A stretch of DNA of 64,000 nucleotides, from IMG/VR virus record IMGVR_UViG_3300042520_001767, positions 64,001 to 128,000 of that record. One strand, 5' to 3'. The stretch comes from a virus. A program made the position numbers and the translations under genes. Below the pieces are notes generated by a model. It ran no database searches. It saw only the letters and a program-made list of their open reading frames with translations, and was not told the DNA's origin. Of this stretch, positions 55,611 through 64,000 are shown piece by piece. Positions within the stretch are counted from its first letter, which is position 1. The number at the start of each line of letters is the position of its first letter.

Positions 55611-57476
55611 TTATCTTAATTCATTAATGTTGAAAGTTGGAACACCATCAACCATTACATGGCCGTAAAATCTGTTGTTGACAACCTTTTTAGCATATCT
55701 CGTCATAATCCCCTTCACTGGAGCGAAGTTAAATGGGTTATACATAGTTGGAGTTAATTGCAACGGTACGTATGGAGCATAGATGTAACCAGTATCAAGC
55801 AATGATTTACCTTTGTGACCGATGATTACAGAGAAAGCTGGAGCATAAGGGTCACGGTACACTTGGTAACGTCCGCTTAAAGAACCGATTCTTTCAATAC
55901 CCATGTTGTATTGGTCTTGCTCTGGGTTAGCGTCACTTACGTGGAAGTATTCTAAATCGTCAAAAATAGCAGAGATTTCAGAAGAAACTACGATAAAGTT
56001 AGCACCACCTCTAAGAGTAGATTTATGGATTTGAGCAGAAACTTGGTTTAATTTAGTAATTAAAGTTTGGTTCCATTCTTTTTGAGTATATGGGTTAGCA
56101 GATGTAGCAGCTTTTCTCCATCCATTATAATCCCATCTCAATTGCCAAGCAGCAGCTTTACGGATATCTCTAAGGATTTCACGGTCAATCTCAGCAGCAA
56201 CTTGTTCAGATAACATTGCAGTTAACTCAGCTTCAGCATCGATGTTGTGGAATGCACTAACGTCTTGTGCTAACTCTGGAGACCATGTAGCTCTTAATTT
56301 TCTTTCTTCAACAGATACAACAACTTCGTCTAATCTGAAAGATACTTCTCCCATTTCAGTTTCAAGTTCTAATGAAGCGTATTCAGCCCATGCAGAAGTA
56401 AAAGTGAAAGCAGATACAGTTGTAGCAGATGCACCAACATAACCATCATAAGTAGCAGTACCAGGAGTTACAACAGCACCAGCAGCAGTTGTTCCAACAG
56501 GGTGACGTAAATCTAACTCTACATAACAAGTACCAGTACCATCAGTTAAATTACTAGAACTAGACGTAACGATACCTTTACCGTATTGTTGAGTAACCAA
56601 ACGGAAAGGAACTTCTTTACCAGCAGCGATAACAGCATTTCCATCTCTATCCAAGATAGCATTAGTAGTTACAACACGTAATGAAGCTAAGAAAGATTCA
56701 GTATCTGTATTGTTACCATTAGCACCAGTCATTTTTTCTCTACCATTTCCAATAACGTTTTTAGAGAAACCAGTGATTCCTAAGATAATACCTCTTAATG
56801 AACCATCAGTTGCAGTTGGTCCAGCAGACATTGCTCCAGTAGCTACAGTATAAACACCATCATTACCTAAAGTAAATACAGCATTACCACCAACTTGGAT
56901 TGTAAGAGTACCTTTAGAGTTATCAAATAAACCATCATTGTAGAATGCATCATAAAGATTTTTACCTACGAATGGTGTTACAACACAACCACCAGAATTA
57001 ATACAAGATGGTAAAGCAGCTCCAACTGGAGTACCGTTGTTAAGACCACCTAAACCAGTGTGTGCAGAGAATTGTTGGTTTGTTGTTAAACTACCATCAT
57101 TCGCATATGGAGAACCAGCGTTTCCAGCAGCATCAACACGAGAAGATGTTTGTGGAACGAAGAAGAACAATTTACCGATTGGCATGTTCATAGCTTGTAC
57201 AGATACGATATCGTTAGCTAATAATTTAGAGAAAACTCTACGTACAATTGGAAAAACTACAGTTTCGAAAGAACCAGAGTTAGTTGCAGTAGTTGCTTCA
57301 GTCAATAAAGAAGACGCTTGGTTTTCATATAATTGAGCAATGTTTTCTTTTACGTGTCCTCTAAGACCGTCTAGGAATCCTAATGAATCCCATTTTGTTT
57401 GAGTTTCCAAACGAATAGCTTTCATGTGGTTTAAACCGATGTTACCTACTTGTCCAGATGTTAATAAATGTGACAT
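55611..57476 (-). CDS. gp23: T4 gp23-like major capsid protein
   Basis: FPIVRRVF, RKLRATWSPELAQD, AEIDREI, GYIYAPYVPL, MTRY; strongly biased codon usage. Confidence 0.96.
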   Translation of the reverse strand: MSHLLTSGQVGNIGLNHMKAIRLETQTKWDSLGFLDGLRGHVKENIAQLYENQASSLLTEATTATNSGSFETVVFPIVRRVFSKLLANDIVSVQAMNMPIGKLFFFVPQTSSRVDAAGNAGSPYANDGSLTTNQQFSAHTGLGGLNNGTPVGAALPSCINSGGCVVTPFVGKNLYDAFYNDGLFDNSKGTLTIQVGGNAVFTLGNDGVYTVATGAMSAGPTATDGSLRGIILGITGFSKNVIGNGREKMTGANGNNTDTESFLASLRVVTTNAILDRDGNAVIAAGKEVPFRLVTQQYGKGIVTSSSSNLTDGTGTCYVELDLRHPVGTTAAGAVVTPGTATYDGYVGASATTVSAFTFTSAWAEYASLELETEMGEVSFRLDEVVVSVEERKLRATWSPELAQDVSAFHNIDAEAELTAMLSEQVAAEIDREILRDIRKAAAWQLRWDYNGWRKAATSANPYTQKEWNQTLITKLNQVSAQIHKSTLRGGANFIVVSSEISAIFDDLEYFHVSDANPEQDQYNMGIERIGSLSGRYQVYRDPYAPAFSVIIGHKGKSLLDTGYIYAPYVPLQLTPTMYNPFNFAPVKGIMTRYAKKVVNNRFYGHVMVDGVPTFNINELR

Positions 57477-57521
57477 AATTTGTTTTTTATTTTTTTGTTA
57501 GGGTTATTATTTTATTTTTTT

Positions 57522-58769
57522 TTATCTTTTTTCAACTCTGCTAATCAAATCCATGATTCTTTTTGTTGATGGGTCAACATATGCTGTACTTTCATTTAAT
57601 TGTTTTGAAGTACTAGTAGATGCTTCTTTAATAATTTTACGTTCTACTGATTCGTTGATTGGTTTTCTTGTTTCCAATTCATTAACAATATTTTTGTAAA
57701 GTTTTTTAGATTCAACAAGATTGGAAACCTCATCAAATCTTTTAATGATATTTTGTTTTTCAGATTTTGTTGTTGAATGTTCTTGTAAGATTCTTACAAC
57801 ATATGTAAGATTACTATTAAAAACAACAGTTTCAACTAATTTAGTTCTAAATTCTCTAAGAGCAGTTCTAAACTCATCATTCTCAGATTTTAATTTTTTA
57901 GCTTCAGTTAGTAGAGTATTGTATTTTTTAGCTGTTTCAGAAACGATTTGTCTAGCTTTAATGGTTTCATCAAGTTTTTCACCATCAACACTTTTTTTAC
58001 CGAAACCTAAATGAGATGAACCAGAACGTCTTTGTCCTTGGTGACCAGCTTTACCATTTACATTTGCAATATTTTCTTCAATTTCTTCTTCTTCAGTTTC
58101 TTCCTCATCACCAAATTCAGAATCACCTTCTTCAGATTCTACAGCTTCTTCGTCACCGAACTCACTTTCTTCTTCTTCAGTTTCTTCATCATCATCACCC
58201 ATTTCAATGTCATACTCAACATCAGTAGATTCCTCCTCATCATCACCCATTTCAATAGGTTCTTCATCAAAGTTTTCTTCATCAGCCAAATCAGTATCAC
58301 CTTGTAGTGAATCTAGTTTTACAACATATTCACCTGGTTCTGTAATGTTTAAGCGAAGTTCATCACCAACAATTTCGATTTCATCTTCACCACTCATTTT
58401 TTTGTAAATTGCGATTACGTCTTCATCACTTGCTCCAGTCATATCAAGTTCTTCAGATGATTCCTCATCTTCCATTCCCATTGCATCCATAGCTGGTAAT
58501 TCCATTTCTGAACCTCCCATTTCTGAATCTACATCTTCCATACCACCTTCTGCGTCAAATTCGTTTTCGTCTTCCTCTCCAGCTTCACCAGCTAAAGGGT
58601 CAACATCTTCTTCTTCATAAGTCATTTCTTCCAAGGACTCTTTCACTACACTATCAATTTCTTCTTTAGCTACGCTACGAAGTATTTCTTTTGTGTTTGC
58701 ATTGAGAGCTGATTGAATGTTTTTAATATCCAATAAAGCTTCTTCAAGTATTGATTTTTTTTCTGCCAT
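57522..58769 (-). CDS. Prohead core/scaffold protein (gp22-like)
   Basis: Very acidic centre, coiled-coil C-terminus, many [ILV]-x-E sites; located between protease and capsid genes. Confidence 0.8.
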   Translation of the reverse strand: MAEKKSILEEALLDIKNIQSALNANTKEILRSVAKEEIDSVVKESLEEMTYEEEDVDPLAGEAGEEDENEFDAEGGMEDVDSEMGGSEMELPAMDAMGMEDEESSEELDMTGASDEDVIAIYKKMSGEDEIEIVGDELRLNITEPGEYVVKLDSLQGDTDLADEENFDEEPIEMGDDEEESTDVEYDIEMGDDDEETEEEESEFGDEEAVESEEGDSEFGDEEETEEEEIEENIANVNGKAGHQGQRRSGSSHLGFGKKSVDGEKLDETIKARQIVSETAKKYNTLLTEAKKLKSENDEFRTALREFRTKLVETVVFNSNLTYVVRILQEHSTTKSEKQNIIKRFDEVSNLVESKKLYKNIVNELETRKPINESVERKIIKEASTSTSKQLNESTAYVDPSTKRIMDLISRVEKR

Positions 58770-58829
58770 TTTATCTTTTTTTTATTTCTTCTTTTTATTA
58801 GATAAGCACGAGATGTTATCTCATTTGTT

Positions 58830-58838
58830 AATAAATAT
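58830..58838 (-). promoter_or_regulatory. ATATTTATT putative late-promoter motif for scaffold and capsid
   Basis: 60 nt upstream of the ATG at 58769. Confidence 0.5.
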
Positions 58839-58889
58839 ATGTGTTTTTAACAAAAAACATTTTTTATTTAAAAAAATATTATTTTTTTA

Positions 58890-59606
58890 TTATTCGAATA
58901 AAAATTTATCTAAATCATTTAATAAATTTTCTTTTATTAATGGTTTTTTAGTTTCCACGTTTTCCACATAAGGTGTCATTTCTTCTCTGCTACGACCTAT
59001 CCAAGCATCTGGAGTAGATGGTGCTGTAACAACATCCCAACAAATTATTTCAAAATCTTCTTGAACAATTTGCTCACCATTCTTACCTTCTTTAAGTGAA
59101 CCTACACCTCTAGAAGAAACACCAATCTTAATTCTATTTCTTAATAAGTTCGCTACTTCATCACCTTTTGTTGATACGATACCATAATTTATAAACCCAG
59201 GTGTCATTAATATTTCCATTTTACCCATAAGCGTATGACCTTCCCACCACGTTTCAACAATGTTATGTGAAATCCTATCACCAGCTATAACGCTTGATTC
59301 TGGGTGGTCTAATTCACCTACAGCTCTACGTTCACGTATAGCTTCTTGATATAACCTATCTTGTGATTTAAGAATTGATTCTGGGTATATTCTACCATTA
59401 CGATTAAGAATACCGTATTTTTGTAGTACAACATAAACGATAAGTGGCTCAACGATGCTGATTCTACTACCGCTATCTATTTTTTTTATTTCATTTATGA
59501 AAGGTTGGTTCCTAGGTTCATCAGGCGAAATAAATCCAGCGTCATGTTCAATTAGAACTCCTGTACCGCTACAACCTCTTTTAATTACTTTTATATCTTT
59601 ATCCAT
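58890..59606 (-). CDS. gp21: T4 gp21-like prohead protease
   Basis: NRNGRIYP, GELDHP, GVSSRGVGSL, WDVVTAPSTPDA (His/Ser/Asp residues present). Confidence 0.95.
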   Translation of the reverse strand: MDKDIKVIKRGCSGTGVLIEHDAGFISPDEPRNQPFINEIKKIDSGSRISIVEPLIVYVVLQKYGILNRNGRIYPESILKSQDRLYQEAIRERRAVGELDHPESSVIAGDRISHNIVETWWEGHTLMGKMEILMTPGFINYGIVSTKGDEVANLLRNRIKIGVSSRGVGSLKEGKNGEQIVQEDFEIICWDVVTAPSTPDAWIGRSREEMTPYVENVETKKPLIKENLLNDLDKFLFE

Positions 59607-59621
59607 AGTATTGTTTATAGA

Positions 59622-59630
59622 TATAAATAT
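59622..59630 (-). promoter_or_regulatory. ATATTTATA putative late-promoter motif
   Basis: 15 nt upstream of the protease ATG. Confidence 0.55.
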
Positions 59631-59644
59631 GTTAATTAAACAAA

Positions 59645-59672
59645 AAAACCCTAATCAAATGATTAGGGTTTT
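59645..59672. terminator. Intrinsic terminator
   Basis: AAAACCCTAATC-AAAT-GATTAGGGTTTT, 12-bp stem. Confidence 0.8.
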
Positions 59673-59676
59673 ATAT

Positions 59677-60120
59677 TTAATTTTTTTTATTCTTAAAATT
59701 AAAAAATTTATTATTTTCAAAATTATTATTTATAATTTTTTCGGTAAATAATTCTAACTTATTTTTTATATCATCAGAAGTTATCGATATTTCTGTGTGT
59801 AGAAATAGTGTTAATTCACAACACATAAAACTACTTTTACCATATCTAATACCAGATTCCCTAATATCTAAATCTACAATAGTCCTATATCCATCAAATA
59901 AAGAATCTTTATCATCTTTAAAAAGGTTGAATAAACTTTGTCTTACATTCTTATTCAAATTTCGTATTACTTGGTTATAATTTACATTTTCTTCTTCTAG
60001 AGGTTTAACCCATGAAGATATCGTTATATAAATCGCTTTTGGATTCTTATTATTCACACTACCAAAGACTACGTTATAGTTTTTAAATTTATTTGTTTTA
60101 ATTTCTTTCCCAGTTTTCAT
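59677..60120 (-). CDS. Hypothetical protein of the head module
   Basis: ORF between protease and portal region; ATG at 60120 preferred over TTG at 60138. Confidence 0.65.
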   Translation of the reverse strand: MKTGKEIKTNKFKNYNVVFGSVNNKNPKAIYITISSWVKPLEEENVNYNQVIRNLNKNVRQSLFNLFKDDKDSLFDGYRTIVDLDIRESGIRYGKSSFMCCELTLFLHTEISITSDDIKNKLELFTEKIINNNFENNKFFNFKNKKN

Positions 60121-60182
60121 ATCTAATATTTTATTCAAATATAAATAAAATCCAGGAATTAGTCAATAGGTTTAAATAGATA

Positions 60183-60977
60183 TTATTTTTTTAAAGAACT
60201 TCTTAATTCAACCAATTTAGAAATATTTTTAATGTAATCTTCATTTATTTCTTTTTTATCATTCAACAATTTATCTTTAACTCGTAATAATTTATCTTTA
60301 GCTTCTAAATTAGATTCCTCAAGTCGTTCATCGATTAAATCAATGCACTCTCTAAGTGTTTTTGAATAAACTTCTTTTTTCTTTGTGTCATCAGATTCAA
60401 TAAGCGTTTTTAACACTTCTTTGTCAGCCTCATTTAAATCAGCATACCTCTCATTATATTTATCAACCATAATTGCAGACAACATACTATTTGGTAGTTC
60501 AACGCTTTCACTTACTTCTTTTTCTTTGTTATTAATAATGTAATCAACAATAAATGATTTAGCCTCTAGAATTGCATCAATATTTCTAGGTGTTTTAGGT
60601 GTGAATATCAAAGTAGTTATATTCTCATGTAATTCTTTTTTATCATAATCATAGTCTTTTTCAAATACGATATTCTCAATTAATTTGTTATTAACAATTA
60701 AAATATCTTTTGTGTCATATTTTGAAATTATACTCATACATTCATCAACAAAACACTTTGCTTTTGATTCATTGATTTCTACTTTATTTTCAATGATATT
60801 ATAAACCAAGAATTGATTCTTCAAAGCTTCGTTTTCTTTGATTATTTTTACATAAGATTTAAATAAATCTTTTTTAACCTTGTTTTTAGTGACAACGCTT
60901 TCAACCAATATTTCGTTGTAAGCGTTTTTAATTTTACCAAAGTTTTGAACCGTTTTTGTAATATCTATTTTAGTCAT
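60183..60977 (-). CDS. Helical hypothetical protein, possibly a prohead core component
   Basis: Contains LVE, INE, VSE and LIE sites; own late motif at 60991-60999. Confidence 0.65.
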   Translation of the reverse strand: MTKIDITKTVQNFGKIKNAYNEILVESVVTKNKVKKDLFKSYVKIIKENEALKNQFLVYNIIENKVEINESKAKCFVDECMSIISKYDTKDILIVNNKLIENIVFEKDYDYDKKELHENITTLIFTPKTPRNIDAILEAKSFIVDYIINNKEKEVSESVELPNSMLSAIMVDKYNERYADLNEADKEVLKTLIESDDTKKKEVYSKTLRECIDLIDERLEESNLEAKDKLLRVKDKLLNDKKEINEDYIKNISKLVELRSSLKK

Positions 60978-60990
60978 TTTGTTTTTTAAT

Positions 60991-60999
60991 TATAAATAT
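60991..60999 (-). promoter_or_regulatory. ATATTTATA putative late-promoter motif
   Basis: 13 nt upstream of the ATG at 60977. Confidence 0.55.
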
Positions 61000-61020
61000 C
61001 TTATTTTACATATAAAACTA

Positions 61021-63999
61021 TTATTCATCCAACATTTTATCAATATCACCAATCATACCATCGATGTCTTTGTTTATTTTTAAATTTTTATTGTAAATTT
61101 TAATATTAGAAACCTTTTTAGTTTTGTCTGGTTTAATTGTTTCAACTAAAGCATCAACAAATCTATTTTTATACTTATTTGTTCTTTTATTTAAATCCCC
61201 AACCAATACTTCTTTTCTTTCAGTTAATAATTTTTCTACTTTTTTTAGAGACTCAGCAACTGTTTCAGGTTCTGCATCTATATCTAAACCACCTTCAGTA
61301 TCTATCGCACCTTCTTCTGGTACACCTTCTTCACCTTCAGCATCAGATTCATCACCGAAATCTAGGTCTTCACCACCCATTCCTCCACCTCCGAAACCTC
61401 CACCACTACCACCAGCACCAGAATCACCGCCTTCTTCACCTTCACCAGAACCACCACCATTTAACGCAACATCAAAGTCGCCATAAATTCTATCAACACT
61501 ATCAAACATGCCAGTATGTTTAATAACAGCAGCAGTATTCGCCAATTCAGCAGAAGCAGCTTTCTCCATACGTTGTTCTAGTAAATCTTGTTTTATTTCA
61601 TCATCAGACCAACCCATAATTTCTCTGTGTGCTCGTGTCCATGACATAACACCAAACCCAGTTCCAATATCAGACACAGCATCTTTAAGAAGACTAACTT
61701 TAAGTTGTAAATGTTCAACTTTTAACATTTCAGCTTGTGTTGATGGATTGTTAAGTGTAAGTGTGAAATTATCTAAATCATCCTCAAAACCTAAAAGATA
61801 TAAGTGTATGATAGCTATCTTGTTTAATTCTTGAAGAATTGATTGTTGAATTCTATTTATTGTTCTAGAAAAACGAATATCTTGAATAGCTAAATTTTTA
61901 CCATCACCAGTAGCATCATCAAAACCTAAAAACGGTTTAGGGACACGTAATGCTGTAAATAAATTACTTCTTAGGTATTCAATATCAGCAATTTGGTCTA
62001 AGTTTGATGCACCTGGCAAAGTATCTATTGGATTCGGTGCATTTTCATCCCTTACTGGTATAAAGAAATCTTGGTCATTTGCTAATTGATTATAACGTAA
62101 ATCAATTTGACCAGTTTGCGGGTCAACGATAGGCATACGTTTGAATCTATCAGCAATAGCGTTCACATATGGTTCAACATCAGCATCATCAATATTACCT
62201 ACAAATATTTTATATACACGTCTTTCTGGGGCTCTAGTTACACGATAAACAAGCATACTATCCTCTGATAGCAATAACTGTTTCCAAATACGTCTAGCTT
62301 TCTCTAAAACACTGGTTCCATATGGTAACCTTCTATCATCACCTAGTAATCTAAAGTGAGCAATTTGCCATGAGTTGAATTCAACATCACGACCTCTCCA
62401 GAAGAATTTAACTTTATCACCAGAAGAAACTTCTTCATCTGGTAATTCTCTACCAGAAATCATATCAAATAATCCAGATTCTCTTCTTTCCATTTCGTAG
62501 TTAGGCATCTGTTTAGAACCAATAACACCATTGGTTGCGTCTATATTTAAATAAATGAAATTATCACCGTATTTGCATGTGTTCCTAGTCCACATTGGTC
62601 CAGAAGTATGGAAATCTAATCTATTGAAAAATAAATCTTCTAATATTGTTTTAACACGTTTACTATCAGAATAGATATTAAGCATTTTACCTTGGTCATT
62701 TAGAGTTGTACAATTATGTGATATAATCATACCCGATTCACATTTTATAGCAAAATTAGAATCTACCGATGAATTTAATAAATCATAAACTTTGTTTTTA
62801 CCTAAATATTCTACACTAACAACTCTATGGTTCCCAATTGTAGAAACCATATCAGTCCAATTTTTATAACCTTTTTTAATTAAAAATGATGTTAACTTAA
62901 ATGAATCAATATTATATTTTTTACAATATATTTTGACTGAACGCACTGGGTTGGTTTGTGTTGATATGAATTCTTTTATTGTTTTAATGTTAAAACCATT
63001 ATTAAATATAAAATCCAAATCTTCAATTCTTGTTAAATTATATTTTTTACATAATAATTTATTGTAAGATATTACAGTACTTTTATTTAAATTAAATTTT
63101 AACATCGCTAATTTTCGTCTATTACCTTTTTTATTAATTAAATAAGTAATATATTCACTCTCATTAATATCGTTAATGTGTTTAGTTGTGTTATCGTAAT
63201 TAGGGTTAGTTTCTCCAAATCTACTAACACCGTACATTGGGTTATTTTCCCCAGCATTATTAAAAAATTCTTTTCTCTCTAATTCAGTTAAATTTTTTAA
63301 TTTATTGTTAAGACCATCTTGTAATTGTTTTATTTTTAAATTTTTATCACAATTGTCCCATGTTTTTTTACCATTTTCGCTAAAAATTTTTTTCATCTTA
63401 TTTGAAAATTCAATATTACCCCAACGTTCTTTATTTAAATCTGTGTGTAATTTTTGATGGTCATCCCAAAACATATATTCTAACTGTGAAGGGTCATTAT
63501 TTAATTTATTAAATGATTTATGGTGAACAACTATTTTTTCAGTTCTAGCTCTATCGTTTAATAATAAATTTTCTTTATTCTTTATTAATTCACTTTCAGC
63601 GACAATAACGTGAGTTAGTTTTGACCCACCATTAAAATTTGTTAAACTAACTTTCTCGTATCCTTTATAATCTAATCGTTTAGTTATAGATTTTAATGAA
63701 TCGCCATAAATTAAATCTTTGGTTTCTACCCATTTATTATCATAAGACAACCATTTATGATTATCAGTACAAACTATTTCGCTACCATCATCTAAAGTTA
63801 TTTTATATGTGTCTTTAACACCTTTTAAAATAACTTTATCAACCATAGATGGTTTTATTTTATCACCATTAATATCAACAGCATATACCCAAAAATTAGT
63901 TATGTTGTTTTCATACAATGATTCAATTGTATGTTCAGTACCATTTAAAAGGGGTATTATAGTTTCGCCACCCAAACATTCTTCCATCATCACGTCTAA
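61021..63999 (-). CDS. gp20: T4 gp20-like portal protein with intein; 5' end outside the window
   Basis: LDVMMEE^CTTLNDQG, KYGDNF, YGTSVLEKARRIWKQL, YRVTRAPERRVYKI, DFFIPVR, TLPGASNL, ALRVPK. The frame stays open to the window edge. Confidence 0.93.
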   Translation of the reverse strand, partial: LDVMMEECLGGETIIPLLNGTEHTIESLYENNITNFWVYAVDINGDKIKPSMVDKVILKGVKDTYKITLDDGSEIVCTDNHKWLSYDNKWVETKDLIYGDSLKSITKRLDYKGYEKVSLTNFNGGSKLTHVIVAESELIKNKENLLLNDRARTEKIVVHHKSFNKLNNDPSQLEYMFWDDHQKLHTDLNKERWGNIEFSNKMKKIFSENGKKTWDNCDKNLKIKQLQDGLNNKLKNLTELERKEFFNNAGENNPMYGVSRFGETNPNYDNTTKHINDINESEYITYLINKKGNRRKLAMLKFNLNKSTVISYNKLLCKKYNLTRIEDLDFIFNNGFNIKTIKEFISTQTNPVRSVKIYCKKYNIDSFKLTSFLIKKGYKNWTDMVSTIGNHRVVSVEYLGKNKVYDLLNSSVDSNFAIKCESGMIISHNCTTLNDQGKMLNIYSDSKRVKTILEDLFFNRLDFHTSGPMWTRNTCKYGDNFIYLNIDATNGVIGSKQMPNYEMERRESGLFDMISGRELPDEEVSSGDKVKFFWRGRDVEFNSWQIAHFRLLGDDRRLPYGTSVLEKARRIWKQLLLSEDSMLVYRVTRAPERRVYKIFVGNIDDADVEPYVNAIADRFKRMPIVDPQTGQIDLRYNQLANDQDFFIPVRDENAPNPIDTLPGASNLDQIADIEYLRSNLFTALRVPKPFLGFDDATGDGKNLAIQDIRFSRTINRIQQSILQELNKIAIIHLYLLGFEDDLDNFTLTLNNPSTQAEMLKVEHLQLKVSLLKDAVSDIGTGFGVMSWTRAHREIMGWSDDEIKQDLLEQRMEKAASAELANTAAVIKHTGMFDSVDRIYGDFDVALNGGGSGEGEEGGDSGAGGSGGGFGGGGMGGEDLDFGDESDAEGEEGVPEEGAIDTEGGLDIDAEPETVAESLKKVEKLLTERKEVLVGDLNKRTNKYKNRFVDALVETIKPDKTKKVSNIKIYNKNLKINKDIDGMIGDIDKMLDE
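62713..63978 (-). mobile_element. HNH-type intein (422 aa) in the portal
   Basis: Block A CLGGETIIPL, block B CTDNHKW, HNH VHHKSFNKLNNDPSQL, NUMOD3-like GENNPMYG, block F VYDL, block G IISHN|C. Confidence 0.92.
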
Positions 64000-64000
64000 T

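Noticed and set aside
58801-58820. Small hairpin in the scaffold 5' UTR
   Set aside because: Weak bulged stem in AT-rich DNA; no second instance or covariation evidence.
1-64000. Stop-codon reassignment as in some jumbo and crAss-like phages
   Set aside because: Coding density is near complete in the standard code, and TAG terminates genes at sensible places (52182, 53336, 54807).

Overview
A 64-kb segment of a very AT-rich, T4-like jumbo myophage read in the standard code; no tRNA, rRNA or CRISPR array was seen. The promoters (TTG..-N16/17-TAnnTTTG) and A-rich, mostly Shine-Dalgarno-less start regions suggest a Bacteroidota host. Gene order: SNF2 helicase, glutaredoxin, gp13-like neck, family B DNA polymerase; a 14-kb minus-strand fibre/baseplate module; five unknown late genes, one with a WYL-like domain; a 20-kb glycan-biosynthesis island (about 11 glycosyltransferases, Gmd, DegT, acetyl- and methyltransferase, plus dUTPase and PhoH); a gp55-like sigma factor and gp5-like spike; three putative capsid-cargo proteins; and the head module (gp23, gp22-like, gp21, gp20). 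Main candidates for new biology: (1) proteins sharing an MKxxIKKLLRE leader and internal [ILV]-x-E sites, which look like prohead-protease-processed effector polyproteins (GNAT+ADP-ribosyltransferase; ParB-like+GNAT-like); (2) a possible virion-glycosylation system pairing the glycosyltransferase island with a strongly enriched [ST]-G-x-T motif in structural proteins; (3) inteins in unusual hosts (a glycosyltransferase and the portal), plus one in the helicase; (4) free-standing endonucleases that appear to invade gene ends and leave orphan duplicated termini. All calls come from manual motif reading; no database searches were run.
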